Shown: positions 50,768 through 61,599, counted from the stretch's first letter. The stretch is DNA of 64,000 bases from a virus (IMGVR_UViG_3300021255_002129), one strand, 5' to 3'. The notes: generated from the sequence alone by a model not told the origin. Numbers and translations are program-made.

Positions 50768-51945
50768 TATAGTTTTTGTAGACTTGATGCTGGGTAGAAT
50801 CCTGTAGTTCCAGATCCATTTCCAACTTGATATGGATAAGGTCTTCCATCCCAAATTCTTAAAATTTGTCTAGTCCATCCAATACCATATGCAGTATTAC
50901 TTCCACCATAAGAACTTCCATTACCAGTTCCTATAATCTTAACTTTATCTCCTACTTGTAATCCAGTTGGTTGTGGTGTAGGTTGTGGAGCAGGTTCATC
51001 ATATTTTTTAATTGAACTTTGATCCATCCATCCTAAGTCTCCTGTTGTATTATATGGATGCGCGCTTCCTGGGTTTTTTCTTGTAATATAAGTAACTTTA
51101 TTACTTACACTTCCTGCAGGACTAGCTGCATTAGAATTAACATATAGAGGTCCATTGATTATTACATGGTCTCCAATATTAAATGCATCACTTGGACCTG
51201 GAGTAGGTGTAGGGGCAGGACTTCCGCCATCTATTAATTTTTGAACGTCATCTGGTAAATATATAAAACATCTAAAGTAATAATTACTTGAACATCCCCA
51301 TCTACCATTATTATTTGTTCTAATTTGGTTCCAGAATATTGTGCTTGAGCCCCATCCAGATTCAGATGTATAAACTTGATTATTACTATCTACTCTTTCA
51401 ACGATTGCTACATGACCAGCGCCTGAGTTTCCCCAGCACATAATTGCTCCACGTTTTGGGGTTGAACCAGTTTTAAGCCCCGCTGTCTCCGCTCTTTCTT
51501 TAAAATTAATAGCATTGCAATTTAAAGTTTTATAAGTACATCCGCTTGTATCTCTTGCAATATTTATAATTTCATTAAATCTACCACTTGCATAACCTAC
51601 GCAGTTTGCTAATGCATTTGCTGGTGCATATAATGGATTACCTTTGATACAAGTATTCCATCCACCAGAACCTGTAACTATAAAGTTTTTGTTATTAGCA
51701 GGTCTGCTAATTCTCATTATAAAACCCGCAGCACCTATACCTTCAGGTTCATCTGCGTTAAGGTTTTCAATTTCATAATGCTCATCCGCATCATTTAATT
51801 CTTCAGGTGTGTCTGTGTTAAATAAATATTGAACATTTTCGTCATCAATATCATCTCTTAAAAAAGCTTTAGCAACCATAGTTTGCACTTCTGTAGGTGC
51901 CATTTCCACTCTTTTAATTCTTTCTTCACTTGATAATTGTGCCAT
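50767..51945 (-). CDS. endolysin: CHAP-domain peptidoglycan hydrolase with two C-terminal SH3b-like cell-wall-binding domains
   Basis: CHAP catalytic Cys 'ANCVGYASGRF' and His 'GAGHVAIVERVD'. A Pro/Thr linker 'PAPTPTPGP' precedes two SH3b-like repeats ('GDHVIINGPLYV...', 'LQVGDKVKIIGTGNG...'). Confidence 0.8.
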   Translation of the reverse strand: MAQLSSEERIKRVEMAPTEVQTMVAKAFLRDDIDDENVQYLFNTDTPEELNDADEHYEIENLNADEPEGIGAAGFIMRISRPANNKNFIVTGSGGWNTCIKGNPLYAPANALANCVGYASGRFNEIINIARDTSGCTYKTLNCNAINFKERAETAGLKTGSTPKRGAIMCWGNSGAGHVAIVERVDSNNQVYTSESGWGSSTIFWNQIRTNNNGRWGCSSNYYFRCFIYLPDDVQKLIDGGSPAPTPTPGPSDAFNIGDHVIINGPLYVNSNAASPAGSVSNKVTYITRKNPGSAHPYNTTGDLGWMDQSSIKKYDEPAPQPTPQPTGLQVGDKVKIIGTGNGSSYGGSNTAYGIGWTRQILRIWDGRPYPYQVGNGSGTTGFYPASSLQKL

Positions 51946-52029
51946 AGATTTTTACCTCCTTTATATAATTTGTAAAAAATAAAAACAACAATTAAAATAT
52001 TATCTTTCTCTTAATTATTTTTGAAATTT

Positions 52030-52060
52030 TAATTAAAATTATTATATATTTTAGCCCAAA
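52030..52060 (-). promoter_or_regulatory. candidate late promoter element (minus strand GGGCTAAAATATATAAT)
   Basis: One of three near-identical TTTTGGGYWAAAWATAWATAAT elements found just downstream of minus-strand terminators. Confidence 0.3.
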
Positions 52061-52378
52061 AAAAAAGAAGCAAAAACAATTTTACTTTTCCTTTTATTAT
52101 AGTAATTCTAGAATCTAACTTATTTTGTTCTTCTTTCGCATATTTTATCTTAATAATAAGTTTTTCTGTAGATATAGCTGTAGTATTAACTCTATCAAAT
52201 GTTTTTTAAGTCCTTTACATTGTTTTTTAATCATCAAATTTATGTCTAAAAGTTTTTCTTTCATATTTTGTGACATTCTTTACTCTTTCTTTTTTTATTA
52301 ACTATTATACAAAATATTTATTAGCAATAGTTGGTAAAGTTTTAATAGTTTTTATTTTGCTTCTTTTTTAAATATTAA

Positions 52379-54190
52379 TTAGGATGTTGTTTTTTGTATT
52401 GTAACACTTGCCAAGATATTACCCGATTCTATACTTTCAGCAGACGGAAATCGTTTTCTATATGAAAAAATAGGCACATTCGATGAATCTATACTTATAT
52501 TAGTGTTAACATCATTTGTTAAAGCATTATTTCCTACTTGTGCATATAAATCGTATACGTCTATAGATGAGTCATTACTAAAAGTAATAGTTCTTTTTTT
52601 AACCATTACAAAAGTCCACGTTCTAATATATGAATTGTATTTGTCAATTACTTCAATTGTGTTTGAATTGCGAATTTTTATTGTTGCATCAAAAACTATT
52701 CCATTTCTGATTCTTATTATTGGCGAATTTAAAGTAGTAGAAAGTATAAAACTACATAAATAATAATACGAATTTAAATCAAACGTTTGTCCACTATAAT
52801 ATGGTGTTATTTCAGAATTATTATTTAACTGTAAACAATATGCTGGATCATCATAATTAACTAAATTATTAGTATTATTAAATTTATTATTGGACAAATG
52901 AATATTATCATTAGCTATCATATATCTATAATCACTAGCATGATTAAATCTTATAAAAGCACAATCACCTTTTAAAGCTGAATTAAACTTACTATTTGTA
53001 ATTGAAATATATGCTTGTTTTCTTTCTCCAATATAAATTGCTGAAGTTTCACTATTTTCACTAAATGCATCATAATAATACACACAACAATTTGTTAAAA
53101 AGTAGTTTCCATTATCATTATCAAATTCAAAACCTCTAGCATAAGTATCAGCATAACAATTTGAAAGAACAGCACTCCCTTGTGTAAACAAAAAACCAAT
53201 AGTCGTATTTTTTAAATCATCTGTAGATTGGCTATTATATAAAGCTGTACAATGAATATCATCAAACGTTTGAAAACCACCTGTCATTTTAATACCAATC
53301 TGACATCCATCAATTCTTATATGAACTATTTCATTATCATAAGAGTCAATCTTAATAGCTGTTCCTTGATTACTATCTTTTCTAAAAAAATCACAATATG
53401 ATACTTTTACATCACCACTTGTATAACGTTGGTTAAGAGATAAATACAACCCAAAATCTTCTATATTTTTAAATACTGTTTTTGCTAATTGCACTAGTTG
53501 TCTACCACTGTCTATTACCATACCTTTTGATACATTAGAACAATCAATAATACCGCCTTCAACAAAAATAACATTATTAGCCTTTGTTCTACTATAAGTT
53601 CCTTTAGTATCATCTAAGCCAATTTCAATCAATGTCTCTAGTTTTTCATTAGAAATATTTTTAATTAGTGCATTTTCATCTAGTTTAAGATTTACACCAT
53701 AATTATTAGCTTGATAAACTATAATTTTATTTGTTATTCCATAGTCTCCTTTTGGGAAATAAATTGTCTTTAGAGGGTTCTCATCAATAGCTTTTTGAAT
53801 GGCTTGTATATCATCATGTATTCCATCGCCATAAGCACCATATTGTTTAATATTAATAAAATCTTCAGCAATCAATGTAGCATATTTATCATTGCTTAAT
53901 ACTTCTTGATAATCAGTTTCACTTTTTTCATCAGTTATCTTATATGTAGCTCCACCACCATCATTAATCTCATAATATCCAAGCGTTACTACCATATCTC
54001 CAACTTTTAATTTCGTATCAGCTTTCATGTCTGCAACACTGTTATAATAATAAGGTTTTTTATTCAACTTTAATTGAACAGACTCACCATCACTAGTCGA
54101 TACATTCTGAGCTTCTGCTCCAATAGGAATATAATCAGTAAAAGTGCCATCTTGTTTTTTTATTTTAATTTTCTTAAATAAATCTGCCAT
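52379..54190 (-). CDS. tailspike/receptor-binding protein with pectate-lyase-superfamily (right-handed beta-helix) depolymerase domain
   Basis: 'IKQYGAYGDGIHDDIQAIQKAID' is the hallmark motif of PF12708. The N-terminal anchor 'MADLFKKIKIKKQDGTFTDYIPI' is shared with the other fibre proteins. Confidence 0.7.
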   Translation of the reverse strand: MADLFKKIKIKKQDGTFTDYIPIGAEAQNVSTSDGESVQLKLNKKPYYYNSVADMKADTKLKVGDMVVTLGYYEINDGGGATYKITDEKSETDYQEVLSNDKYATLIAEDFINIKQYGAYGDGIHDDIQAIQKAIDENPLKTIYFPKGDYGITNKIIVYQANNYGVNLKLDENALIKNISNEKLETLIEIGLDDTKGTYSRTKANNVIFVEGGIIDCSNVSKGMVIDSGRQLVQLAKTVFKNIEDFGLYLSLNQRYTSGDVKVSYCDFFRKDSNQGTAIKIDSYDNEIVHIRIDGCQIGIKMTGGFQTFDDIHCTALYNSQSTDDLKNTTIGFLFTQGSAVLSNCYADTYARGFEFDNDNGNYFLTNCCVYYYDAFSENSETSAIYIGERKQAYISITNSKFNSALKGDCAFIRFNHASDYRYMIANDNIHLSNNKFNNTNNLVNYDDPAYCLQLNNNSEITPYYSGQTFDLNSYYYLCSFILSTTLNSPIIRIRNGIVFDATIKIRNSNTIEVIDKYNSYIRTWTFVMVKKRTITFSNDSSIDVYDLYAQVGNNALTNDVNTNISIDSSNVPIFSYRKRFPSAESIESGNILASVTIQKTTS

Positions 54191-54327
54191 AAAGCGCGTC
54201 TCCTTTCATTCTTTTAAATTAAAACTAATGTATAATAAAATTATATATACTATAATTCATTCTTTCTAATTCTATTTAAATATTGATTAAAATAAATGAG
54301 TTGTTTTTGTCCAACCAATGTTTAAAC

Positions 54328-54370
54328 AAAATAAAAAAGACTGCGGCAATCACAGTCTTTTTTATTTTTA
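54328..54370. terminator. bidirectional-looking rho-independent terminator
   Basis: AAGACTG-CGGCAATCA-CAGTCTT with an A-tract 5' and a T-tract 3'. Confidence 0.5.
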
Positions 54371-54392
54371 TATACTTTATTTCAATAGTAAA

Positions 54393-54870
54393 ATTATCTC
54401 TTGCTAAATGCCCATCTTTCTATAACTATATTTACAGCCTCATATAGCGACTTTCTAACACATCTAAAGGAATTTATATTAGCTATATTAGAAAGTGTTG
54501 TAAAAGGGCTATGATTATCTATTGTACTATTCAAATGGTCTAAAACATCATTACAATTTTTATCTACAACAGAACTATCTGCAATTAAGTAGTTCTTATT
54601 ATCATAAAATACATGATATGCTCTAACTTTTATTTTACTTTTAGTTTTTTCTGGATTAGATAATCTAAAAGCTTGTCCACCTTGTGGGTAGCAGCAACTA
54701 TTATATTTCCCTGTACTAAATCATTTACATATTCAAGTCCAGTTTCTAAATCTAAATAGTATGTTCCATTATCTTCTTTATGAATTTTAAGCTTCAGTCG
54801 GAATTATTATTTTATCTCCATTTGATGAAAACAACTTGTCTGTTGAATTAAATAATTTAATCTTAAATTA
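54393..54870 (-). pseudogene. disrupted small gene downstream of the M14 fibre gene (possible fibre-assembly chaperone remnant or -1 frameshift site)
   Basis: Two protein-like minus-strand frames abut at an A6 run (~54640-54660) and there is no clean start (ATG-GAG-ATA-AAA-TAA-TAA). The downstream frame ends with '...VNIVIERWAFSKR*'. Confidence 0.3.
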
Positions 54871-54888
54871 AATAGTTTAAATATAAAA

Positions 54889-57066
54889 TTAGTCAATAAC
54901 ACTAACTTCATTAAATTTATAATCATTCTCACAAATATACTTATTCTTTATAATAACATTTTCAAGTAATGAAACAACTGTTGTTATTGCAATTTTCCTC
55001 ATGTCATCTCTACTTCCTGTATAATCATCACCAGACGTTGTAGCAAGTTCAATTAAAAAACCATGCAAATTCATAACACCACTATACCATTCATCAAAAG
55101 AACCATGAAACTCACCAGTTTTCTTTAAAGTAAAGCAATTTTGGTTATTTGTATATTCTGTTTTTAACCAATCAAAATTAGAACGCATTTGTGAATTTAA
55201 GGCTTTAATGGTAGAATAACCAATATCCAAATCTGATTTAAAGCCACTTGCAAAATATCCAATAACACCACCAGCAGTCAAAGAAGCTGTTGAATGTCTA
55301 TTAATAACTAAGAATATTTTATCTTTGTTGTTACGAATATAGTCACATAATATTTGAGTTTCAATTTCACTTTCAGGATATTGTCCTGAAGAATTGTATT
55401 CATTATCACTATATACCCAATTTGCATTGAAATTTCTATTAATATTCACATTATTTCCATTATTTCTTATATGGTGTTCATAACCATATGGGTTTATTGT
55501 TGGTATTACTTCAAATATGACATTATCAAATAAATTCTTTAAAGCATCATTTGTACCATAATTGTCCAATATGTCTTTAAACATCATATAGTCATCTAAT
55601 GCAATAGTTTCTTCATTACCATGCATTGAACCAACATATAGAATTGTTAATTTTTGTTTTGGTATCTGTTGTAATGCTATATTTTCATTGTGTGAATTAA
55701 TAGTGTATTTTCTTATTTCTAGGTTATCTGTAGTAGTCCCAAGAACTGTTTTAGTAATAAATGATGAATAAGTATTTAGTAACCCATCCCATAAATCATA
55801 TAATGTTGATAATTTATTTGTAGTATAATATGGAACAATTGCCTGATTAAAATTATATTTAGAAAATTGAGAGCAAATTTCTATAATTTTACTTATATTA
55901 TTATTTTCAGGATTAATTATATATTTATCATAGTATAAATTTAATGTCATATGATTTAATGCATTATTTACTCTTTTGGCATTAAAATTTTCAGATGATG
56001 AACCATCATCGATTGAAAATCTAATATAACAATCTTGATTAATGATGAATTTATCTATTCCATATGTTCTATAATCTATTAAATACGATGAATCTTTATC
56101 ACTAAAAGTACAAATATTAAATTGAACATTGCCATCACTACTAATTGATGAACCTTTTAACACTTTAATATAATCAATTGTTCTAAAACGTGATGGGAAT
56201 GTATTATTAATTCCTGTTGATGAAATTTGACCCTGTTCAAAATTTGAATATGATAAATTATGTTTATTATACAAATTATCATTAATATTTTGTATTCTGT
56301 TCTCTATGTCTGTATTTTTTGATTCTTCTAATAAATTTAATGTTATATGAGATAAAGCTGAGTCTACTCTTTCTTCATTAAATGTTTCAGATGAGCTACC
56401 ATCATTAATTGAAAATCTAATATAACAGTTTTGAGAAACAATGTAAATGTTTGTTGAAAATGTTCTATACTCTAACAAAGAGCTTGTATTTTTATCACTA
56501 AAAGTACAAATATTAAATTGAACATTGCCATCTGTTTCAATAGAAGTTCCTTTAAGCACTTTAATATAATCTTTAGTTCTAAATCGTGATGGAAATGTTG
56601 TGTTTATTCCAGAAGAACTTATTTGACCTTGTTCAAATTTTGAATATGATAAATTATACTTATTATACGAATTATCAATAATATTTTGTATTTTTTTATC
56701 GTCTTCATTTAATCTTTCATTAATTTCTTCATAATCGCTACTTGCTTGATAAAGTCCACCATCTACCCAAGTTGTACCATTGTAATAATACCAATGACCA
56801 TCAATAGTTAAAACATAAACTCTTGTTGTATCAGTCATTTTACTTATTGAATTTGCTACTAATGGGCTTCCACTTGCTAAGCTATTTATTTGATTTTGTA
56901 AACTATTGATACTAGAATTAACATTTATAACATTAGCTTTATTATTTAATTCATTAGTCAATGTATTTCCATTAACATCGACATGGTCACTATCAACAGC
57001 TAATGGAATACTATCACTATATGAACCATCTTTATTTTCTAATTTAACATATTTTAATTTATCCAT
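54889..57066 (-). CDS. tail fibre with internal duplicated domain and C-terminal M14 zinc-carboxypeptidase-like domain
   Basis: Shared N-terminal anchor 'MDKLKYVKLENKDGSYSDSIPL'. Two ~120-aa repeats are ~70% identical ('NLSYSKFEQGQISSSGINTTFPSRFRT...' and 'NLSYSNFEQGQISSTGINNTFPSRFRT...'). M14 motifs 'SMHGNEET' (HxxE), 'NPYG', 'NRNF' and 'INRHS' are present. Confidence 0.7.
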   Translation of the reverse strand: MDKLKYVKLENKDGSYSDSIPLAVDSDHVDVNGNTLTNELNNKANVINVNSSINSLQNQINSLASGSPLVANSISKMTDTTRVYVLTIDGHWYYYNGTTWVDGGLYQASSDYEEINERLNEDDKKIQNIIDNSYNKYNLSYSKFEQGQISSSGINTTFPSRFRTKDYIKVLKGTSIETDGNVQFNICTFSDKNTSSLLEYRTFSTNIYIVSQNCYIRFSINDGSSSETFNEERVDSALSHITLNLLEESKNTDIENRIQNINDNLYNKHNLSYSNFEQGQISSTGINNTFPSRFRTIDYIKVLKGSSISSDGNVQFNICTFSDKDSSYLIDYRTYGIDKFIINQDCYIRFSIDDGSSSENFNAKRVNNALNHMTLNLYYDKYIINPENNNISKIIEICSQFSKYNFNQAIVPYYTTNKLSTLYDLWDGLLNTYSSFITKTVLGTTTDNLEIRKYTINSHNENIALQQIPKQKLTILYVGSMHGNEETIALDDYMMFKDILDNYGTNDALKNLFDNVIFEVIPTINPYGYEHHIRNNGNNVNINRNFNANWVYSDNEYNSSGQYPESEIETQILCDYIRNNKDKIFLVINRHSTASLTAGGVIGYFASGFKSDLDIGYSTIKALNSQMRSNFDWLKTEYTNNQNCFTLKKTGEFHGSFDEWYSGVMNLHGFLIELATTSGDDYTGSRDDMRKIAITTVVSLLENVIIKNKYICENDYKFNEVSVID

Positions 57067-57121
57067 TAAAATCTTCTCTCCTTTCTTAAGATTGAGATTA
57101 TATATCTCATTTCTAAATCTA

Positions 57122-57163
57122 TATCAAAAGAAGGGACAAATAATTATCTTATTTTGTCCCTTC
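57122..57163 (-). terminator. rho-independent terminator (minus strand)
   Basis: Perfect 11-bp stem GAAGGGACAAA/TTTGTCCCTTC flanked by an A/T tract. Confidence 0.6.
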
Positions 57164-57406
57164 TTCATTAATACTTGCGGCAACCGACTCTTCGGTTTTA
57201 GAATTAGATTCTTCATTTGTTTGGCTAGCTTTCAATTCTTTTTTAGCCATTTCTGCACGTTCTATATCTTCTTTTTTACAAAATTCAAAATATTGTTGTT
57301 CAATTTCTGTCATTATACTTTTCATAATAAAATATATTGCATCTATTGATATTCCACTTTCATTTAAATCCTGTACAATTTTTTGTTCTAAATCTCTAAA
57401 TATCAT
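57149..57406 (-). CDS. hypothetical protein (85 aa)
   Basis: RBS AAAGGAGTAAAAAG, then ATG. True TAA stop. Confidence 0.45.
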   Translation of the reverse strand: MIFRDLEQKIVQDLNESGISIDAIYFIMKSIMTEIEQQYFEFCKKEDIERAEMAKKELKASQTNEESNSKTEESVAASINEEGTK

Positions 57407-57425
57407 ATCTTTTTACTCCTTTAAA

Positions 57426-60400
57426 CTAATAATCTTTAACCGCAACAAGAATTCCATTTGTAAAACGTAATCCAATAACACTATTATCTGTTTTTCTAAT
57501 AATAATTTCATTTGTTGCTTGGCCAGTCTCTCCAGAAGAAGTATGTAAATTTCCAATATTATACAATCCATTTCCATTCATTTGAATAGCTCCTCTAACA
57601 TTTAAACCAGATACTTTTGGATGATTAGTTTCTATTCCCATTTCAAGATAATATTCTCCCTTATGAATACTAATACTTCCACCTGTAATAGTAGCTCCTC
57701 CAACAGTACCTCCATTAATACTAGAACCACTAATATTTCCACTAAACTGTCCATTACTAGCATGAAGAGTTCCATTACTTTCAATTCTAAAACGAGTACC
57801 ATAATTAATTAAATCAGCAGTCCCTTGTGACCATCCACCATTATCTATTCTAATATTTTTAAAGTGGGCGTTTCCTGCTGCATTAATCTCTCAATTTGGT
57901 CCTTTAAGAGTTCCATTTGCAGAGATATGTGTATTTCCATTATTGCTTTGTAATTCAGTTCCATTAATAGTTCATCCACCTATTTGACCGCTAGACGAAT
58001 ATAAAGCCCCATCTTTATCAACAGCAAATTTATTGTTAATAGCTAAATTTAAGTTATCTCTATTAGTTCCATTAATAGTTCTACTAAATAATCCATTATT
58101 ACTTGAAAATCTAATATTTGCAGAACTACTTTTTGTTCCCGTATAAATTGAATCATCATCAATATTAAACCCAGCTAAAGTACCTCCGCCTTTTGCAGTT
58201 AGATGTCCATCTTTATCAACTTTAAAATTACCATTTCCTCATTCAATTAATGGCGTAGTTAAATCAATTAACATTCCTTGATTATTTTTATTTCCAACGC
58301 CATAATTTAAAGGTTTTCCACTATCATCATAATTTTTTCAATAAGCGCTACTATATAACATAGCTTTTTCTGCGGCGGGGTCTAAAATAATTTGACCTGG
58401 GCCATGTTTACCAAATATTGCAGATCCATCTTCTGCATTTAAGAACATTGTACGTTCACCAAAATTATATCCAAACATACCAATATCTTTTTTATTTTTA
58501 CCAGCTTCTTTAACACTACCCATTAACATACCAGTAAAACTATTATCTGCTTCTTTTTGACCTGCACCAACTTGTGGAGCTAATATAACTCCATTACCAT
58601 TTTTATCTATGCTAACACTATTACCATCTCATCCGTTAATAGCTGCATTTCCATATTTATTTAATAATAAATGAATTGGTATATGAATTCTAGCAACTTC
58701 ATTTGCACTCTTATCTATTATGATACATTCAAGAGCATTAGTTACACACTCACCATCAAAATCATCTATTGGTTTATATGATTTTGTATTCCTTGCTGCG
58801 GGAATATCACCTCTTGAATATTCTTTTAAGAATTCTTTATTTATCCAACTTCTATTAACTGAGTCATATATTCTTCCTCGAATATTCCAATCATAATTAA
58901 CTCCATTAGTTTTAGTTAATACGCTGATATCTTCAGTGATATTATTTATTACTTTCGTTACTTTTAATTCAAAAGGCTTTGAATTATCATATTGCGGCTT
59001 GCGGCCATCTGCACTATAAGTCGCATATCTAAATCCTGTGTCTTCAACTAATGAAACTCCATATCCGCTTACCGCAGTTGCAGTTATAACAGGCATTGTA
59101 GCATAATATTCAATATTATCATAAGTAATTATAACTTTAACAATATTAGCAGGTGAATTAACACCTTTATATCCGCTATAACTAAATGTTCCATTATCTG
59201 TAACACCTAAACTAGTTTCATCATAAACATTGCTTGTGTATTTATTTTGTAAAATAGTTCATTTAACATTTGCAGTTTTTCCTTCAGTAGTATTACCACT
59301 TGAACTACCATCAAATATTTTTTCTCCACTATGCCATAATTGAGCATTAAACCATTTATTATTTTGTCTTGGAGTATAATTAATATTTCCATTTAATATC
59401 ATTGGATATCCAAAACCAGTGTTTTGAGTATTAGGAACTATTTTACATACGAATTCAGTTCCATTAGTTCCTGGTTCTCCTTCTTTAACAAAAGTAAAAT
59501 CAGTTTCCGCAACTAAATTCATATCTTTATAATCAACCGTTAATTTAATTTTATTATTGTTCTTTTTAATATCATACTTATCTCTAATTGTATATTGAAG
59601 ATACATTTCTCCTTCAACTGTTTTATAATCATCTTGAACAATCCAATCATAGCTATCAGGAACTTTTAGCATCGTATCTTCAAGAGGAACTGTTCAACTA
59701 AACTTACATTTATCTATAATATCATCTGCTAAAGCATTACCTAAATTATCATAAACTGTAAAACTTAATGGTAATATAACTTGAGGATTATCTAAACTAT
59801 CACTTACAGGTGATATACCAGCCTCATCGTATTTAAAAGTTTGTGTTCCATTATTTATAATTAAAGTATAAGCATCTTTTTTATCTAAATCATTTCTAAT
59901 AACAATAGAAGCAGTTCCAATATATATTCCATTGTGGTAAACTGAACATTTATAAGTACTAAAATTAGTTATTGTATTCACTTGTAAATGATGTATTTTT
60001 CTACCTTCTACTCTCATTATTTTATCATATCTATTTATAATTGTCAAGTATTGATTTAATTGTCCTTGACTTGCTGCGGCCATAGCTCTTTCTGCAGCAA
60101 TGTCAGCTTTAAGTTGCGTATAACCGACAACTGCATTGTTATATTCTGTATTATCTTCAGTGGTTTCCGTCAAAGCATAGAAATTATTATTATTATCTAT
60201 TTCAACTCATTGATAAGTATATTCATTACTAGTTGACTCTTGACCATTAATTTTACAAGTTAATGTAGGATTTCCAATATCATAATAGAATTGTTCGCCC
60301 TTATCGCTTTCAATACTAATCTCATAATTAGATGAATAATTAGTAACAGTAATAACCCTACTTAATTGAATATTATTATAAATAACAACACATTTATATT

Positions 60401-61559
60401 TAGTTTCTTTTGCTTCGCTATCGCTTTTCTTTACAATATATTTAAAATCTGCGGGAATCCATTCTACTACAGGTGCAGTTCCAGCAGATGCGTTTTTAAT
60501 TACGTTCTTTTGATTTAAACATTTCCATCCTTGTCCGCCATAAGCATTAAAATCTTCACTTAAACTAGTTACACCATTGTTTTCAACAAACCAATAATAT
60601 GGTAATCTTTGACTATCAGGATTAATATATTTACCTTTAACTCTTACTTGTGCCATTAATGTTCTAGTTGCACTAGGTAAATCATTTTCATCAAAATAAA
60701 CTCCTTGTGGAGTAACAAAACTTAAACTACATGACTCTAGGTCTACTGCACTTAAAGCCTGACTTCCGCATATTTCAAAATCTTTAATAAATATATCATT
60801 AAGTTTTGTTTCATCTTGATTTGGAAAATCATAACAGAATAGAGATATTTTATTTATATATTGAAAATTAACACCATCTATATCAAATATTCCAACTTGT
60901 CTTTTGAAATTAGGTATTTTATATGGATTACCTTCGAATTGATTAACATCAAGAGCATAATTTCTAGTAACTAATTCTTCACTAGCATTATCTTTAAAAA
61001 CCATTTCATATAAAATTCCGTAGTTTCCTCTAAATTGTTGTTCAGTAGGTAAGCTAGTTTTTATTGTAGCTGCTAAAAGTATTGATGTAGATGACTTTAT
61101 ATATTCGTTTATACTTTTTAGGTTAAGTCTTAAATTATTAGCAGAACTGCTATTTCTATCATATATTACATATTCATTAGTAGTTTTATATGAACATAAT
61201 TCATATTGGTTATTACTTTCTACACAGTTATTACCAATTATTTCAAAAGCCTCTTCACCTTCTGCGGCAACCGCATAATTCTTTCCTAATCGACTTACCG
61301 CACCTAGAATAGTTTTATCCCTACTCATATCATTATTAGGAATTAAAACATAGACTTCAGAGCCATTCATATAACTGATTTCAGAACTACCTGAATATGC
61401 ATAAAAATTACTATCTTGATATTGGACTTTGTATTTACCAATAGTTGGGTCTTCACAGTTAATAATCTTAGCTTGAACTGTCTTATCATATCCAGCATTT
61501 TTAACTCTTTGGTTTACAATAGTTTCAATAGCATCAAGTATTTGGTTTTCATATTTCAC
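57426..61559 (-). CDS. giant tail-tip structural protein (~1377 aa) with a C-terminal Gly/Asn-rich fibre-like repeat region; at least five in-frame TGA
   Basis: Six track ORFs (60207..61559, 59694..60173, 59259..59672, 58629..59096, 58338..58529, 57426..57641) share one frame and are each separated by a TGA. The gaps were translated by hand without TAA/TAG. Start is 'MKYENQILDAIE' after AAGGAG; stop is TAG at 57426. Confidence 0.5.
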
Positions 61560-61599
61560 TCCTTGTCATCTCCTTTTCTCTCTAAATTTCTTATTTTTT

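Noticed and set aside
52100-52370. 39-codon minus-strand ORF (MKEKLLDINLMIKKQ...) in the endolysin upstream region
   Set aside because: It has a weak RBS, is very short, and lies in a region that looks regulatory. It is kept only as a possibility.
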